Assembly: GCA_009859145.1 (NCBI GenBank)
Contig: VRVR01000045.1
Span: 112,142-176,141, forward strand
Origin: Andalucia godoyi And28
Lineage: Eukaryota > Protista > Jakobida
DNA length: 64,000 nt
Reading direction: 5' to 3'
Position 1 is the first letter of the stretch. Each line of letters starts with the position of its first letter. The notes beneath the pieces are model-generated. The model did no database searches and was not told the origin of the DNA. It saw only the letters and a list, made by a program, of their open reading frames with translations. Below, in pieces: positions 1 to 11,264 of the stretch. A program made the position numbers and the translations under genes.

Positions 1-1
1 A

Positions 2-709
2 TATACTGTTGTCAAGAGGAAAGCCGCTCGGCACAGGGATCGAAGCAATAATGCTTCAGGATCACATTCTGCGGAGGAACCCGACCTTGAGGATTCGGCG
101 GACGCAAATCGGTCCATCCACAAGCGTGACGTACTGTTCCCAACCTTTCCACCCTACCATAGTGAGGACGCGGAGCACGTGCGCCGAAATGGAAAGTATC
201 AGGCTGTCGTGTTACTTGTGATGTTTCTTTCTGTTCTGACGTACGTCGTGGTTTTGCCAGCATTGCAGCCCGCGGATTGTCCTGGAAGAAAACCCGAGGA
301 CTGCCCGGTTCTTCACAACGTCCGATCTGCTACCGAGTACCTCAGTCTCATCGCGTTTGTGGTGCTGATTGCGTCGTACAATCGAATCCTGACCCCGTGG
401 TCATTGACAGTAGTCTCGTCGCACTGGGTGGAGGAGCAAGTCCACGTGAAATCGCAAAGACTGTTTGTCTCGAATCGGCTGTCGCACATTCTTGCGGACG
501 CGAACTCTCTGCATCACCCGCAGTTGTCGTTAATTCAGAGGAAACCGAGCTATTCCACATTTCGCCCGTTTTCCACGTTTGTGGGGCCATCTCTTGATCG
601 TGGTGGCTCGACTTCTTCCGGAACCAGTCGTCACCTCACGACTTCGTCAAGATCGCATTCTCTCGATTTGGGAAGCCAGGTACATCGCATTCTGCCGAGG
701 GGTCACTGA
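2..709 (+). CDS. Hypothetical membrane protein, 5'-partial (two hydrophobic segments, Ser-rich tail)
   Basis: The frame of ORF 179..709 is open back to position 2 (YTVVKRKAARHR...). Two TM-like stretches (AVVLLVMFLSVLTYVVVLP; YLSLIAFVVLIAS). TGA stop is followed by an A/T-rich intergenic tract. Confidence 0.6.
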   Translation, partial: YTVVKRKAARHRDRSNNASGSHSAEEPDLEDSADANRSIHKRDVLFPTFPPYHSEDAEHVRRNGKYQAVVLLVMFLSVLTYVVVLPALQPADCPGRKPEDCPVLHNVRSATEYLSLIAFVVLIASYNRILTPWSLTVVSSHWVEEQVHVKSQRLFVSNRLSHILADANSLHHPQLSLIQRKPSYSTFRPFSTFVGPSLDRGGSTSSGTSRHLTTSSRSHSLDLGSQVHRILPRGH

Positions 710-884
710 CACAAGGTAAGTCCTTTTTTCATTTTACTCCAAAAACCAAAATACAATTGCAATGATGCAAATGATAACAAACAACAAAACACAAACATAA
801 AGCAAAAAACAACAAAAAAACAACAAAACAAAACAACCACAAAAAAGAAGACTGCTGATGGAGGTCAAAGGACAGGAATGTTCA

Positions 885-3800
885 TTAGGATGCGGTTCTT
901 CTCGTCGAAGGGCCAGATCGACCGTTGTTGAAAGAATCTTGAACGGCTGGAGAGCGAGGGCTCGTGCTCAGAATGGCGGACCCCGACACCGGTCCGCCGA
1001 AGGAAAACTTAGGAGCTGTATCCAACGACAACCCTCCATCTGACTTTGTAGCCTTCATCAACAAAATGCACCTCTGGAATCCCTGGCGTGAGGCGTCGTC
1101 AATGGGGGTGCTGCCCCAGCGATCCCGACTGTTAGGATCTGCTCCCGCATGCATCAATATCCGAACAATTTCCAAATGCCCTGAGCTTGCTGCTAGGTGG
1201 AGTGCGGTCCTGCCATCGTAATCGCCCATGTTGATGTCCACCTTCCTCGCAAGCAAGCGCCGAACTTCTGACACATCGTCCTTCGCAGCGGCCGTGCAGA
1301 CAGCGTAGATGTCGCGATGCAGGGAAGTCAATCTCCACAAACACGGATTCTTCTTGAGAGTGAACCCCTGTGTGTTTGATTCAAATGGATGGAAAGCATA
1401 CATGTCCGCCAAGCGACGCGCAAAATCAATGCCACGGACGGAAATACGCGACGCGTTCAACGGAGGACTGTACAGCGCAATTCCCATGACGCCCGGCACA
1501 ATCAGCATCACGGAGCCCGATGCACCCGCAACAGCCGGAAGCCCCACCAAAAACGCCCACTCGCCGGAATAATCGTACATTCCACAAGAACTCATAATAG
1601 ACAAGCATGACCGGACCGTGGATGACGAAAAGATCCGCTCGCCCGTCAGTGGACATACACCGCCGGACGCCAATGTCGCCGCAATCAAAGACATACTTGC
1701 GCAGTTCCACTCGAGAGAGCACATCATCAAATAAAACTGCAAAACTTCCTCCAAATTCGTACCCTTTGGGAGTGCATTCTTTTCTCGCATGTGATATGTC
1801 AAACAGCGATTGCGGTCGGAATTTTGTTCCTCACTGAGAAACACAGCCAAATTGAAACCGACAAGATCATGGTCATCGCCGGAGTCTGGATTTCCAACCG
1901 CGCGGCGGTACAGTTTCATCATGTAGTCGTAGCGATCCGGCAAGGCGTCATCTGGACAGACAAGCGACAGTGCGGCCATCGCTCCGGCATTTGTAAACGG
2001 GTTGTGAGGTAGGTCCCGGTGATTCAAGAGAAGATGGTTCCCCACAGAACCCGACGGCTCGCGACCCATTCGTGAATGCACAACCTTTTCACCGCGCTGT
2101 TCCAGAGCAGCGCAGTACGACAGCGCATTCGAACAATGCTGGGCAGTAAAAGGAGCCAGCGCAGATCCAAAGTATGCTCGCTGGCCATCAACAGTGCACA
2201 CCGCACACCCAAACAAATCAGAAGGCACCGCAGCAAGTTCAGGAATGTAAGAAGCATTCGCCGCATCACCAATCGACACCTCCGATGATTCGCAGAATAC
2301 AGAAGCTAAATCTTCAGAAAGAGAGGGGAAATCGGGCACCATTAAAGACCCATCCAATGTTCTGCGAACTAAGCTGGCCGTCGAGGGAGAACACGCTCCC
2401 ATGGCTTTGTAAAAATCCGATTCCGTAAATGACTCTGGCAACGAAAACTTGCCACGCAGCCGAGGATCTCTGTCGACATCAATTCCGCTTACAGTGAACC
2501 GCTCACAAACTTTCTTAAAACTTCCATGGCCACTTTTGTCGGTTTCAAACGACGAAAACAACAAATCGAGGCCCATGCTCACCGCTTGATCATCTTCGTC
2601 ATCGGGGTCCTGGTCAACAGCTGATTCGTGTGCAGTGTCATCATGGTTCTCGGCGCTCTCAAGAGAAGGACCGTTGTTGGGACACGCTGCTACTCCCTGC
2701 GATGCAATCATTGGTGATTCGTTATTCTTTGGGTTCTCCAGGATCGACTGTTGTGCTTCTGCTTTTTTCAGAAGATCTGCGATCACTAGGTGTCCATGCC
2801 GCTCTGCGTCATTGCGCGGTGTGTTTTGGAAACGGTCGCGAGGTGACAGAGACACGCCTTTGTCAATCAGATACTCCGCAATTGATCGATGTCCGTTGGA
2901 AGCAGCGAGATGCAGCGCAGTCCTCCCGTCATAGTCTTCGTACTCCAACGAGCATCCTCGAGCAGCGAGCTGTTTCACGCGATGCAGATCCCCAACTGCA
3001 GCAGCAAACAGCAGGTTCACCAAATCATCCTCAACGGACGCAGACTGCGCGAGTCTGGGATTAATCTTCTCAACCGACTGATCGCCACTGTTGTCAAACG
3101 TATGGAACTGATACCGCTGTGACATCAGTCGACAGAATTCCACACCACGAACAGAGTTTCCAAATTGGTCCAGCCGCGGCGACCATACGCAAAATCCGGC
3201 AACATTCGGAACGACAACCATGAGAGAACCGGCAACACCTGATTTCGATGGGAGTCCGACTGAAAACGCAAACTCTCCCGAGTAGTCGTACATCCCACAA
3301 GAGGTCATGAGGGACATTGCATCACGAACCGTGGACGACGAGAAAACACAGCGTCCCGTGACCGGACAAACACCTCCGTTTGCAAGAGTGGCGGCTACCA
3401 GCGACATTTGCTCCGCCGTTGTTTCGATAGAGCACATCATGAAGTACATGTTCAGCGTCTCCACGAGATTTGTGCCAGCGGGAAATTTCCCGGCTTCTTT
3501 CATCATATACCCCAACGTGAAATTCCGATCTGCGGTCGATGCCTCGCTGAGATACGTCGCATTATCAAAGCCGATACGGGAGTCTCCGGCTAGGCAGCTC
3601 CAAGTGGAAAGCACATGGGTGATGCGATCCGGCAATCTGCTTTGGTTGCGAATGAGCGACGTTGTCATAATCGCACCTGAATTGATGTACGGATTGTGCG
3701 GCAGATTGTCCTTGTTCAGCACCAGCTCATTGAAGTTTCGACCAGATGGTTCTCGACCAACGTACTTGTGAACCTCGGATTGCCCCAGCTCTTCCAGCGC

Positions 3801-4649
3801 GATGCAGTATGAAATTACTTTGGAACACGATTGTGCGCAAAACGGAACTCGTGCATCGCCATGGCTGAAGCGCTGGCCGTCAATCGAGCACACGGCGAGA
3901 CCCATTTGGTCGGGATTCACGCGCGCCAGCTGGGGAATGTACCGCGCCACGTCCCCTTCATTGCGAGCGGCGACCTTCTCGAATATTGAGACCAGCTCGT
4001 CACAGAACGACGACCACTCTGGAATCGCCAGGTTGCGATTCATTGCACGCTCAATCAAGAACGACCGGTTCAGCAGAGCCACAAACTCTTCAAGCTGCAG
4101 CGGCGCCGAAAGATTTCCAGCATACTGCGCAAATATGCCAGAAATTCGCGAGTCTCGAAAAGCATCGATTCCCATCTCGGCCAGCAGCTCCACGACGTGT
4201 CGAACGAGAACTTTTGGCTCTGAAACCGGGATGAAATTCGCGGAAGACAATAGAGACAGACTCGACAGCGACGCCGAATGAATCATTCTCCCTTCAGAAT
4301 GATGTTCAGATCCAGAATCCCTTCTACTAGTGTCCTCCAGGCCACCGACGGATGCACCGGAAGCAGCCGTAGTCGTCGAAGCATCCGCGTGCGATGACGC
4401 GATGCTTTCATACAACGCCTCCATTTGCGCCAAGTGGAATGCAGCCAAATCCGCGCTTTTATCGATTCGGGACGAAATGGAGTGCGAGCGCGATCGGGTC
4501 GAGCTTGTTGTGACATCTCGAAGAAACGGACTCGCGGAATGTGGAGCACTCGGGACGTGGGAGGGCGGAACTGGCGGCGAGTCTCGAGACTCCGCAAGGC
4601 CCATTCCTTTTACACCATGGTCGACAGACTCTTTTCTCTTTCCAGTCAT
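885..4649 (-). CDS. GLS: Glutaminase with two tandem [EF-hand-like/glutaminase/ankyrin] units, about 1254 aa
   Basis: Kidney-type glutaminase motifs: VIPxWxxF, YIPQLA, FCAQSCSK, GREPSGRNFN, PHNPYINSGAI, CGMYDYSGEFAF, LPSKSGVAG, plus ankyrin repeats DYDGRTALHLAA. The whole unit occurs twice. ATG 4649 (MTGKRKES) chosen; the upstream ORF extension is a microsatellite read-through. Confidence 0.95.
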   Translation of the reverse strand: MTGKRKESVDHGVKGMGLAESRDSPPVPPSHVPSAPHSASPFLRDVTTSSTRSRSHSISSRIDKSADLAAFHLAQMEALYESIASSHADASTTTAASGASVGGLEDTSRRDSGSEHHSEGRMIHSASLSSLSLLSSANFIPVSEPKVLVRHVVELLAEMGIDAFRDSRISGIFAQYAGNLSAPLQLEEFVALLNRSFLIERAMNRNLAIPEWSSFCDELVSIFEKVAARNEGDVARYIPQLARVNPDQMGLAVCSIDGQRFSHGDARVPFCAQSCSKVISYCIALEELGQSEVHKYVGREPSGRNFNELVLNKDNLPHNPYINSGAIMTTSLIRNQSRLPDRITHVLSTWSCLAGDSRIGFDNATYLSEASTADRNFTLGYMMKEAGKFPAGTNLVETLNMYFMMCSIETTAEQMSLVAATLANGGVCPVTGRCVFSSSTVRDAMSLMTSCGMYDYSGEFAFSVGLPSKSGVAGSLMVVVPNVAGFCVWSPRLDQFGNSVRGVEFCRLMSQRYQFHTFDNSGDQSVEKINPRLAQSASVEDDLVNLLFAAAVGDLHRVKQLAARGCSLEYEDYDGRTALHLAASNGHRSIAEYLIDKGVSLSPRDRFQNTPRNDAERHGHLVIADLLKKAEAQQSILENPKNNESPMIASQGVAACPNNGPSLESAENHDDTAHESAVDQDPDDEDDQAVSMGLDLLFSSFETDKSGHGSFKKVCERFTVSGIDVDRDPRLRGKFSLPESFTESDFYKAMGACSPSTASLVRRTLDGSLMVPDFPSLSEDLASVFCESSEVSIGDAANASYIPELAAVPSDLFGCAVCTVDGQRAYFGSALAPFTAQHCSNALSYCAALEQRGEKVVHSRMGREPSGSVGNHLLLNHRDLPHNPFTNAGAMAALSLVCPDDALPDRYDYMMKLYRRAVGNPDSGDDHDLVGFNLAVFLSEEQNSDRNRCLTYHMREKNALPKGTNLEEVLQFYLMMCSLEWNCASMSLIAATLASGGVCPLTGERIFSSSTVRSCLSIMSSCGMYDYSGEWAFLVGLPAVAGASGSVMLIVPGVMGIALYSPPLNASRISVRGIDFARRLADMYAFHPFESNTQGFTLKKNPCLWRLTSLHRDIYAVCTAAAKDDVSEVRRLLARKVDINMGDYDGRTALHLAASSGHLEIVRILMHAGADPNSRDRWGSTPIDDASRQGFQRCILLMKATKSDGGLSLDTAPKFSFGGPVSGSAILSTSPRSPAVQDSFNNGRSGPSTRRTAS

Positions 4650-4882
4650 TGTCGGAAATGCTGAGAACGCAAAAAAATATAATATTACTAATAATAAAAA
4701 TATAATCCCAGAGTGAAGACCTGCCTGCAGAACAAACCAAATGAAACCCTCCAAATCCCAAATGTCTGCTGGATGGGTGTGAATATCATCAGATGGTATG
4801 GCTGAGTTGACAGCCGTCGACAATGCTGTTGAATGAAGGCCGACGTTTCCCTCCCTGCAGATTGCTACTACCGGTTGCTGTC

Positions 4883-4907
4883 GTTGTTGTTGTTGTTGTT
4901 GCTGTCG

Positions 4908-4974
<67 letters not shown>
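4883..4974. repeat. (GTT)n / (AAC)n microsatellite upstream of the glutaminase start
   Basis: About 30 near-perfect GTT units, read directly. Confidence 0.95.
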
Positions 4975-5774
4975 CGCGGCGGCGTGGGTGTGCAGGTCGA
5001 GGCTCTATGAGACACTGTCGAATATTGACAACCGATTCCTTGTAATCGATGGTGGGCGCTGATGCAGATTGTAAAAGTCACTTTACGCCAATAGCCTGTT
5101 TTTGAGACGCGGCGGCATGCGAGACATTTTATCTTTTTTTTTTTTTCGGAGACGTTTCGGTTGGAGGGTAAACACTTGAGTGAATGAACCGACTCGGAGA
5201 GTTAGAGAGGTCAGAGGGCTTCGGCTATGTGGATATAGTACTTTTTTATCCAAGTATATCTTCATTTACGCCAAGTAATTTCGTTGGAAATTTTTGAACT
5301 CTCTTTTTCTGATCCGCATGCGAAGTACACTGCTCCGTAGTCCGTGCAAATCGGCACGCCACCAGAAACAACAGCGTTCTCAAGAGAAATGCTGCACCGA
5401 GCGCGCCACTCCAGTTTCGGTCATCCTTGACGGACGGACGGATGGATACGCTGGACACCGAAGCAGCAACACCTTGCTCCCGCTCCGGTTTCTGGTCGAC
5501 ATTTCCTCCAAAGACCACACGACTTGGGCGTGCACTCCTTCCTGCTTTTTGCTCTGCAGTCTTTGCTGGAGTCGGCGGTAATTCCGGCCTCGGCATCAAG
5601 ACCAGCGGAGAGCAGCCGAGAGCCCAGAATTCTGGGGCAGCCGACCGGACCCGTCGGGAAGTCGCAGCAGAGACCGTTGCTGACACCCACCAGGAGGCCA
5701 GAATAGCAGCAAACGGCTTCTTCTTTGCAGGTTCGACGGCGTCTGTCAATGACTCAATGACGATGATAGCGATA

Positions 5775-5878
<104 letters not shown>

Positions 5879-6826
5879 AGTGGCGCAAGAGAAAATTGTT
5901 CCAGCTTGAGGGTGGTGGATTGTGCGTTTGTCCCAGTCAGCAAAGCGCGCAGCGCGGGGCAAAGCGCCATCCTCAAAAAAGAAAGTTTGAGCGCTGCCGA
6001 CGTTTCAACTTGCCGGGAAGCTCCGAGGGTCTGCTCAGACGACGAAGTTTCCGATGGCTGCTTGCCGGTCCATAGATTGAGGGAGCCTTTTACGGAACTT
6101 CTGCGCTCGCACAAATATAAAAAAGATTCAAAAACACGGCTGGCACATCCGAAGTCCCGATGGCCGAACAGATTTGCCGGAAATCCACGGGGGCTTGGCG
6201 CACACTCGCGGTCTGGTAGGATGGCTGGACAAAGCTGATTTGGGTTGACGATCCATCAGAAGAGGCAGTGGCTGAAAAAGGAAATGTCACAGCAGGCATG
6301 CATGGCGGATCGGGATGCGTGTCGCCGGGGCCTTGACCGCTGACGTATTGCGAGCCGCATCTGCTCGCATTATGTCCGCATTTGGGCAAGCGCGTGCGGC
6401 CAGTTTCCTCTCGGGCGCAGTCCACCACGGTTTATCCCTCATGCAAGCACATGCGGCTCGTTTCCGTACATTCCGTCGAACATTCATCCGGCTTTCCCCT
6501 CCCAAAACTCCGTCTTGCGCAACACCTTGTATCCTGCTGATTTGCGGTATTCCTGAGCGTCTTTCATTCGTTCCCCATTCGCGTCCTCCAGCTTCTTCTC
6601 AATTCTTCTCCGTCCTCCCCCTTTTGTTGCTTTTGCTTCTTCTTCTTCTTCTTCTTCTTCTTCTTCTTCTCTTTGTTTTGTGCCCTGCTTTCCCTTTTCT
6701 GTGTGTGCGTGCATCATTGTTCTTTTATTAATTACGTTTTTATCTCAAAAAACAAGAATCGCTTCCAGAGTGTCTTTTTGAGGCCCCCCCACCCTTGTCA
6801 TATTGTTTTGTTTTTCGGCGGCAGGC

Positions 6827-8950
6827 ATGAATCATCGAGTTTCTGCGTTTTCTCGTCCATATCCGTCGAACGCGTCAGCCCATCCGGCTCCGTTTCCAGG
6901 GTCCTCGACGGCGCCACGAGAGTTTCACGGCCACCCGCCTTCCCAGTTCCAGCATTCGCATGCGCCGCCTGTGCTTGGATACCCCATGCGCCCGCCGACG
7001 CTCCTCGGCGATACCCGCGTGCCTCCACACCATCAGCAATACTATTCGCAGCAGCTTTCATCGCAGCCTTGCTGCCCTTCCTTCCAGTACCAACCACATC
7101 CGCCGCCTCAGCATCTCCTGTACGACAGCCCACCTGCTCCCCAACAGCCTTACTCTCCCCAGCACCATCATCCCCAATACTACAGCTATCAAGCACCTCC
7201 CCCGCCTCACCACCAGCAGGTCCAGCCGCCCCAACAGCACTATCCATATCCAACGTACCCCGCCGTGTACCATCCGCTTCGCAGGCCGTACGCGGGTTTC
7301 GAAAGCGAGAAGTATTCCTACTCTCAACACCCCCATCAATCTCAGCACGCGCCTCCATCCCAGCACGCTTCGTCACCAAGGAAGAGAAGACCTCGCGCAT
7401 CGTCAGCAGATGGCTTTATTGCGCTTCCCACAAATCTTGTTTCCCATTTTTCTCCAAACACTTCATTATCGTTATCCTCCTCCTCCTCCTCCTCCTCTTC
7501 TTCTTCTTCTTCCTCCTCCTCCTCTTGTTCGTCTTCATCTTCTTGTTCGTCATGCTCGTACTCGACATGCTCGTCGAACTCCTCAAGTGGTGCCATATCA
7601 GCGACAACGACGGCGCACTGCGCTCCTTCCGCATCATCTTCCATCAGTTCGCTCCATGGAACTCAAAAATTCATTTCTGCTGTGCCTTCGATTTCGGCGT
7701 CCATCAGCCATTCGTTCTATGCACCCGGAGCACGGCTCGTGGGCTCAAAGAGAGACCGCGAGGGCTCGATTTCATCGCTAAATTCTGGATCATCGTCAAG
7801 AAGGGCGTTTGGCACTGCAGGCGACGATGAGGATCAGGGCGCAGAAGAGAACGACCGCCGTCCACGAAATGACGATGATGACCGCGATGGTGACGATGAC
7901 GAGGATGGTATCGAGGGTGATGATGATAAGAGATCCTTTCGAATTGTGCATGAGGTTCCGAGTGGATCCGAGACCAGAGATCGAAGAGATTTTACGATGT
8001 GGATTGGAGAGGAGCCGCCCTTGTGGCTTGCGGTTTGCATCTCCGCACATGCGCATTGCACAGCTTTGCTTCGTTCTCTGCAGGACCTACCAGAAGAGGA
8101 TTTGAAGGGGAAAGGGTTTGATCGAGTGAAAAAGGCCGCGGTGCAAACTGTGCCCTTTCCTCTCGCTGATGCCTTGCTCTCGCTCTTTGCTACTGAGATT
8201 GCAGATCCTTCTTCCTCCTCTCCTCCTCCTCCGTCTTTGTCGTCTTCTACTTCGCCTGCTGCTCCTTCTGCTGGAAGAGTGATTGATTCCTATCTGGATC
8301 GAGAGGCGCAGCAACTGGTCTCGCAGATCAGAGCACTCGTTGTTGCTTCTTCCAAGTGGTCTGCGAATGAACAGGACGCGAAAGACAGGAACGAAGACGA
8401 GGAGAAAAAAGAGTGGAGCAAACGGAACAGCATGGTAGAGAGTGCAGATCCGTGCAAGAAACCGGGCTTCGCCTCGTGGACAATTATGTCTCCAGAATTG
8501 CGAAGATCGTTGGTGCAAGTGGACTTGGTTGTGGAATTTGGAGTGTCGTCTTCTGTGATCGATGCGTCACTGTTCAGATTCCGCGTGTTTCGTCGCAAGA
8601 TTCTGTCCCGAATCGCACCACACGAACTTGAAAAGAGAATGGACGGGGTGTTCGCAAGTGCAGTGGTGGATGCGCTGTCGGAGTGCAGCGGCATGGCCGC
8701 GGTTGCCTCCAAAGATTCCAGTCTTCTTAAGAACGAGGGACTCCTGTGCAGACCGTTGCTTCATCGCTTGCCAAGAAGGATGTCAAGGAGGGAATTTGCT
8801 TATCGGTTGCTGCTGCTCCAGCAGTACCATGCTCGGTTGCTCGACGTTTCACTGCCGTTCTGGAAGTCTGTGCGCATCGCGAGACTCGCTGCAGTATCCA
8901 CAGTCTCCGCCGCACCGCTTCTATCTGATATTTTGGGTCTTTCTACATAG
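6827..8950 (+). CDS. Hypothetical protein, about 707 aa: Pro/Gln/Tyr/His-rich N-terminus, Ser and Asp tracts, helical C-terminal domain
   Basis: Long ORF starting at ATG 6827 after a pyrimidine-rich tract; no family recognised. Confidence 0.75.
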   Translation: MNHRVSAFSRPYPSNASAHPAPFPGSSTAPREFHGHPPSQFQHSHAPPVLGYPMRPPTLLGDTRVPPHHQQYYSQQLSSQPCCPSFQYQPHPPPQHLLYDSPPAPQQPYSPQHHHPQYYSYQAPPPPHHQQVQPPQQHYPYPTYPAVYHPLRRPYAGFESEKYSYSQHPHQSQHAPPSQHASSPRKRRPRASSADGFIALPTNLVSHFSPNTSLSLSSSSSSSSSSSSSSSSSCSSSSSCSSCSYSTCSSNSSSGAISATTTAHCAPSASSSISSLHGTQKFISAVPSISASISHSFYAPGARLVGSKRDREGSISSLNSGSSSRRAFGTAGDDEDQGAEENDRRPRNDDDDRDGDDDEDGIEGDDDKRSFRIVHEVPSGSETRDRRDFTMWIGEEPPLWLAVCISAHAHCTALLRSLQDLPEEDLKGKGFDRVKKAAVQTVPFPLADALLSLFATEIADPSSSSPPPPSLSSSTSPAAPSAGRVIDSYLDREAQQLVSQIRALVVASSKWSANEQDAKDRNEDEEKKEWSKRNSMVESADPCKKPGFASWTIMSPELRRSLVQVDLVVEFGVSSSVIDASLFRFRVFRRKILSRIAPHELEKRMDGVFASAVVDALSECSGMAAVASKDSSLLKNEGLLCRPLLHRLPRRMSRREFAYRLLLLQQYHARLLDVSLPFWKSVRIARLAAVSTVSAAPLLSDILGLST

Positions 8951-9260
8951 AGCACGTCCCGTACCTTTCTGCGCACGTACTCGAGTGGAAAATCCCTGTC
9001 TCACCATAGGCACAATCGTAACTGCATTTATTCATCTAAATTCAAGGGTTTAATCCGTCTTTTCTGAATTTCGTTCCATTTCTTGTTTGTATGTTTGTAA
9101 TTTCGTGTTATCAGCGCAATTGGATTATTATCATCGTTTAGAATTGCTTCTCCGCATCATGTCATATAAAACTATTTGGCTTTCGTCTTTCTAACAAACC
9201 CCATGTTCTCACAGTGTGTACAAGCATCGTTTGGAAATGTGTTCCCATTTCTTTTGTTGC

Positions 9261-11087
9261 TCAATGCAATCCCGGGCCGACCCATCCACGGGCTACATCG
9301 TGTTCCCAAAGCTTGGCTCCCGCGCGTCCAACTGCATCGGCAACAAAGGCAGCATCTTCGCTTGGAATCTTGGACTGTAAGTAGGAAGTCCGTCGAATAA
9401 TCTGCACAATATCTTTGGAAGATGCCGTCGCAAGCCTCTGGGTAATCTGTTGCTCTTTCCTCCTCCGGATCTTCCGTCTCCTGTCTCGTTGTTCACCGTC
9501 AACATCGTCATCACCATCATCATCATCGTCGTCGTCATCATCGTCAAGAGCAGCAGTAACCCGTGGCGGCGACCTCTTTGAAGTCGGTGTGCCTTTTCCT
9601 GTTTTCTGCGCGCCGGAATGACCATTGCCAGACTTTGAATGGGAAGACGTTGATGCCGACGTTGACGTTGAAGCATAGATCGAGGTAGAGGTTGGCAGCA
9701 GCAGCATGCAATCGGCTACATGCTCCTCTGCATGTTCGCCGGGTTGGAGAAGCACTCCGCAGAAAGGGCAATCGACCATTCCACGCCGTCTGCTTCGGCT
9801 TTGCTGGCCCTGGCTCTGCACAACAGTCGGCGAAGAGTGTGACGAGATGTCAGCAGTACGCTTGGAGCTTGGAGTCCTCCTCTTCCTGTTCGACCTATCT
9901 GTCACAGCGGACTCCACGACCACCGCACTGTCATCCGGACACGGTGCAAAGTCTGCGGGGGACACCTTCGCCTTGCATGGCGATGCAGACTGCAACGAGA
10001 CATGTTGCTGCAGCTGAAACGAAAACGCGAATACATCTGCGTCGCCTTCGAACGCGATGTCGTCATCACGCCCATGTCCAGGATCAATCTCATCTGCCGG
10101 ATCAATCTCCATTTCCTGTTCCCTCATCTTGCGTTCCTGCTCTTCCAACAGCGAAAGAAACAAGCAATCGTCAGCCTGGAGCAAATTCCTTCTCTGCACC
10201 GAGTGGCTCTCCACGAAATCCCGTGCACGCAGCGGCCGCATTAGGGCATTTAAGTCCACCGTTCCATCCGCATTCCTCTTGACAGCCGCACCACCATTGC
10301 CGACGCTGCTGTTCCTACTGCCGTGCACAGAATTGCCAAGCGCATGATCCAACGCATTGGATACATCCATGTAAGCATGCGCATGAGAATTGCCATTGCC
10401 ATTGCCGCTGAACGTGGATGTGGATGTGGATGTGAAAGTGGAAGTGGAAGAGGATGACGATCCCAAGTGCTCGAGCCTCGTCTGCTTCCACGCATCATTT
10501 CGCGGAGCAGACCCAGCCGGAAGCACTACAATCGCAGCAATCTCCGCTTGCTTGGGGAAGAACGCAGAAATATTCGAACGCACAGTTGCGGCTTTCCTTT
10601 CTTTTCCTTGCGATTTGTCCACTGGCGCAACCGTTTTCGGCACCGTCTTGGAAGAAGCCTCTCGCTGCACATGCCGCTGACGCTCCGTGCTCGTGTTCGT
10701 TGTCGCTGTCGGCGCCGCCACCGCCTCCTTCCCCTTCCTCTTCTGCTTCGTCTTTGGTGCATGTTGTTTGGACGACTTGAAGAACCCGTCGTCATCACTC
10801 CCAATGCCGCTACCATGACTATGCTGCTGGAGATCAACATCGCTGACATCCGAGTGCGTCTCAATGTCGTCGTCGTATTCAAAGTCATCGGCTCCATTCG
10901 CAAGCCGCGCAAAACGATCGTACTTGTCATTCACGCGACTCTTCCTTTTTTGATGTGGAGTTGGCGAGGAAGGAGATTGGTTCGTTCGGCGACTCACCGG
11001 AGTTGCAAGTCGAGCCTGCTTAGGAGAAGACCGCGCAGAACAATCCGACTCCACAGCTTCATCAGAATCAATCACTCTCTTCCGCAT
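9261..11087 (-). CDS. Low-complexity protein with a UBZ4/Rad18-type zinc finger, 608 aa
   Basis: ORF from ATG 11087; VDCPFCGVLLQPGEHAEEHVADC fits the CxxC...HxxxC UBZ pattern; basic NLS-like stretches. Confidence 0.7.
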   Translation of the reverse strand: MRKRVIDSDEAVESDCSARSSPKQARLATPVSRRTNQSPSSPTPHQKRKSRVNDKYDRFARLANGADDFEYDDDIETHSDVSDVDLQQHSHGSGIGSDDDGFFKSSKQHAPKTKQKRKGKEAVAAPTATTNTSTERQRHVQREASSKTVPKTVAPVDKSQGKERKAATVRSNISAFFPKQAEIAAIVVLPAGSAPRNDAWKQTRLEHLGSSSSSTSTFTSTSTSTFSGNGNGNSHAHAYMDVSNALDHALGNSVHGSRNSSVGNGGAAVKRNADGTVDLNALMRPLRARDFVESHSVQRRNLLQADDCLFLSLLEEQERKMREQEMEIDPADEIDPGHGRDDDIAFEGDADVFAFSFQLQQHVSLQSASPCKAKVSPADFAPCPDDSAVVVESAVTDRSNRKRRTPSSKRTADISSHSSPTVVQSQGQQSRSRRRGMVDCPFCGVLLQPGEHAEEHVADCMLLLPTSTSIYASTSTSASTSSHSKSGNGHSGAQKTGKGTPTSKRSPPRVTAALDDDDDDDDDDGDDDVDGEQRDRRRKIRRRKEQQITQRLATASSKDIVQIIRRTSYLQSKIPSEDAAFVADAVGRAGAKLWEHDVARGWVGPGLH

Positions 11088-11264
11088 TTCTCTCCTCCTC
11101 CACCACCGGGGAATGCTCTCGGAATTACAATTAAAATAATAATAACAGTAAACAAATAATATCGCACACGTGCAGCCCGGGGAAGGGAAACAAGGAGAAG
11201 AGGGGGAAGGGGAGAGAGATGAGTATGCATGAAAGCAAATCTCACGGCAGCGTAGCTCTTGTAA

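Noticed and set aside
4650-5081. Poly-Q N-terminal extension of the glutaminase ORF
   Set aside because: Produced by an (AAC)n microsatellite plus AT-rich sequence from a non-ATG start; ATG 4649 is more plausible.
6210-6345. Apparent TGA read-through after ORF 5906..6238, suggesting an alternative genetic code
   Set aside because: TGA terminates confident genes such as SEY1, and no in-frame TGA occurs in conserved genes.
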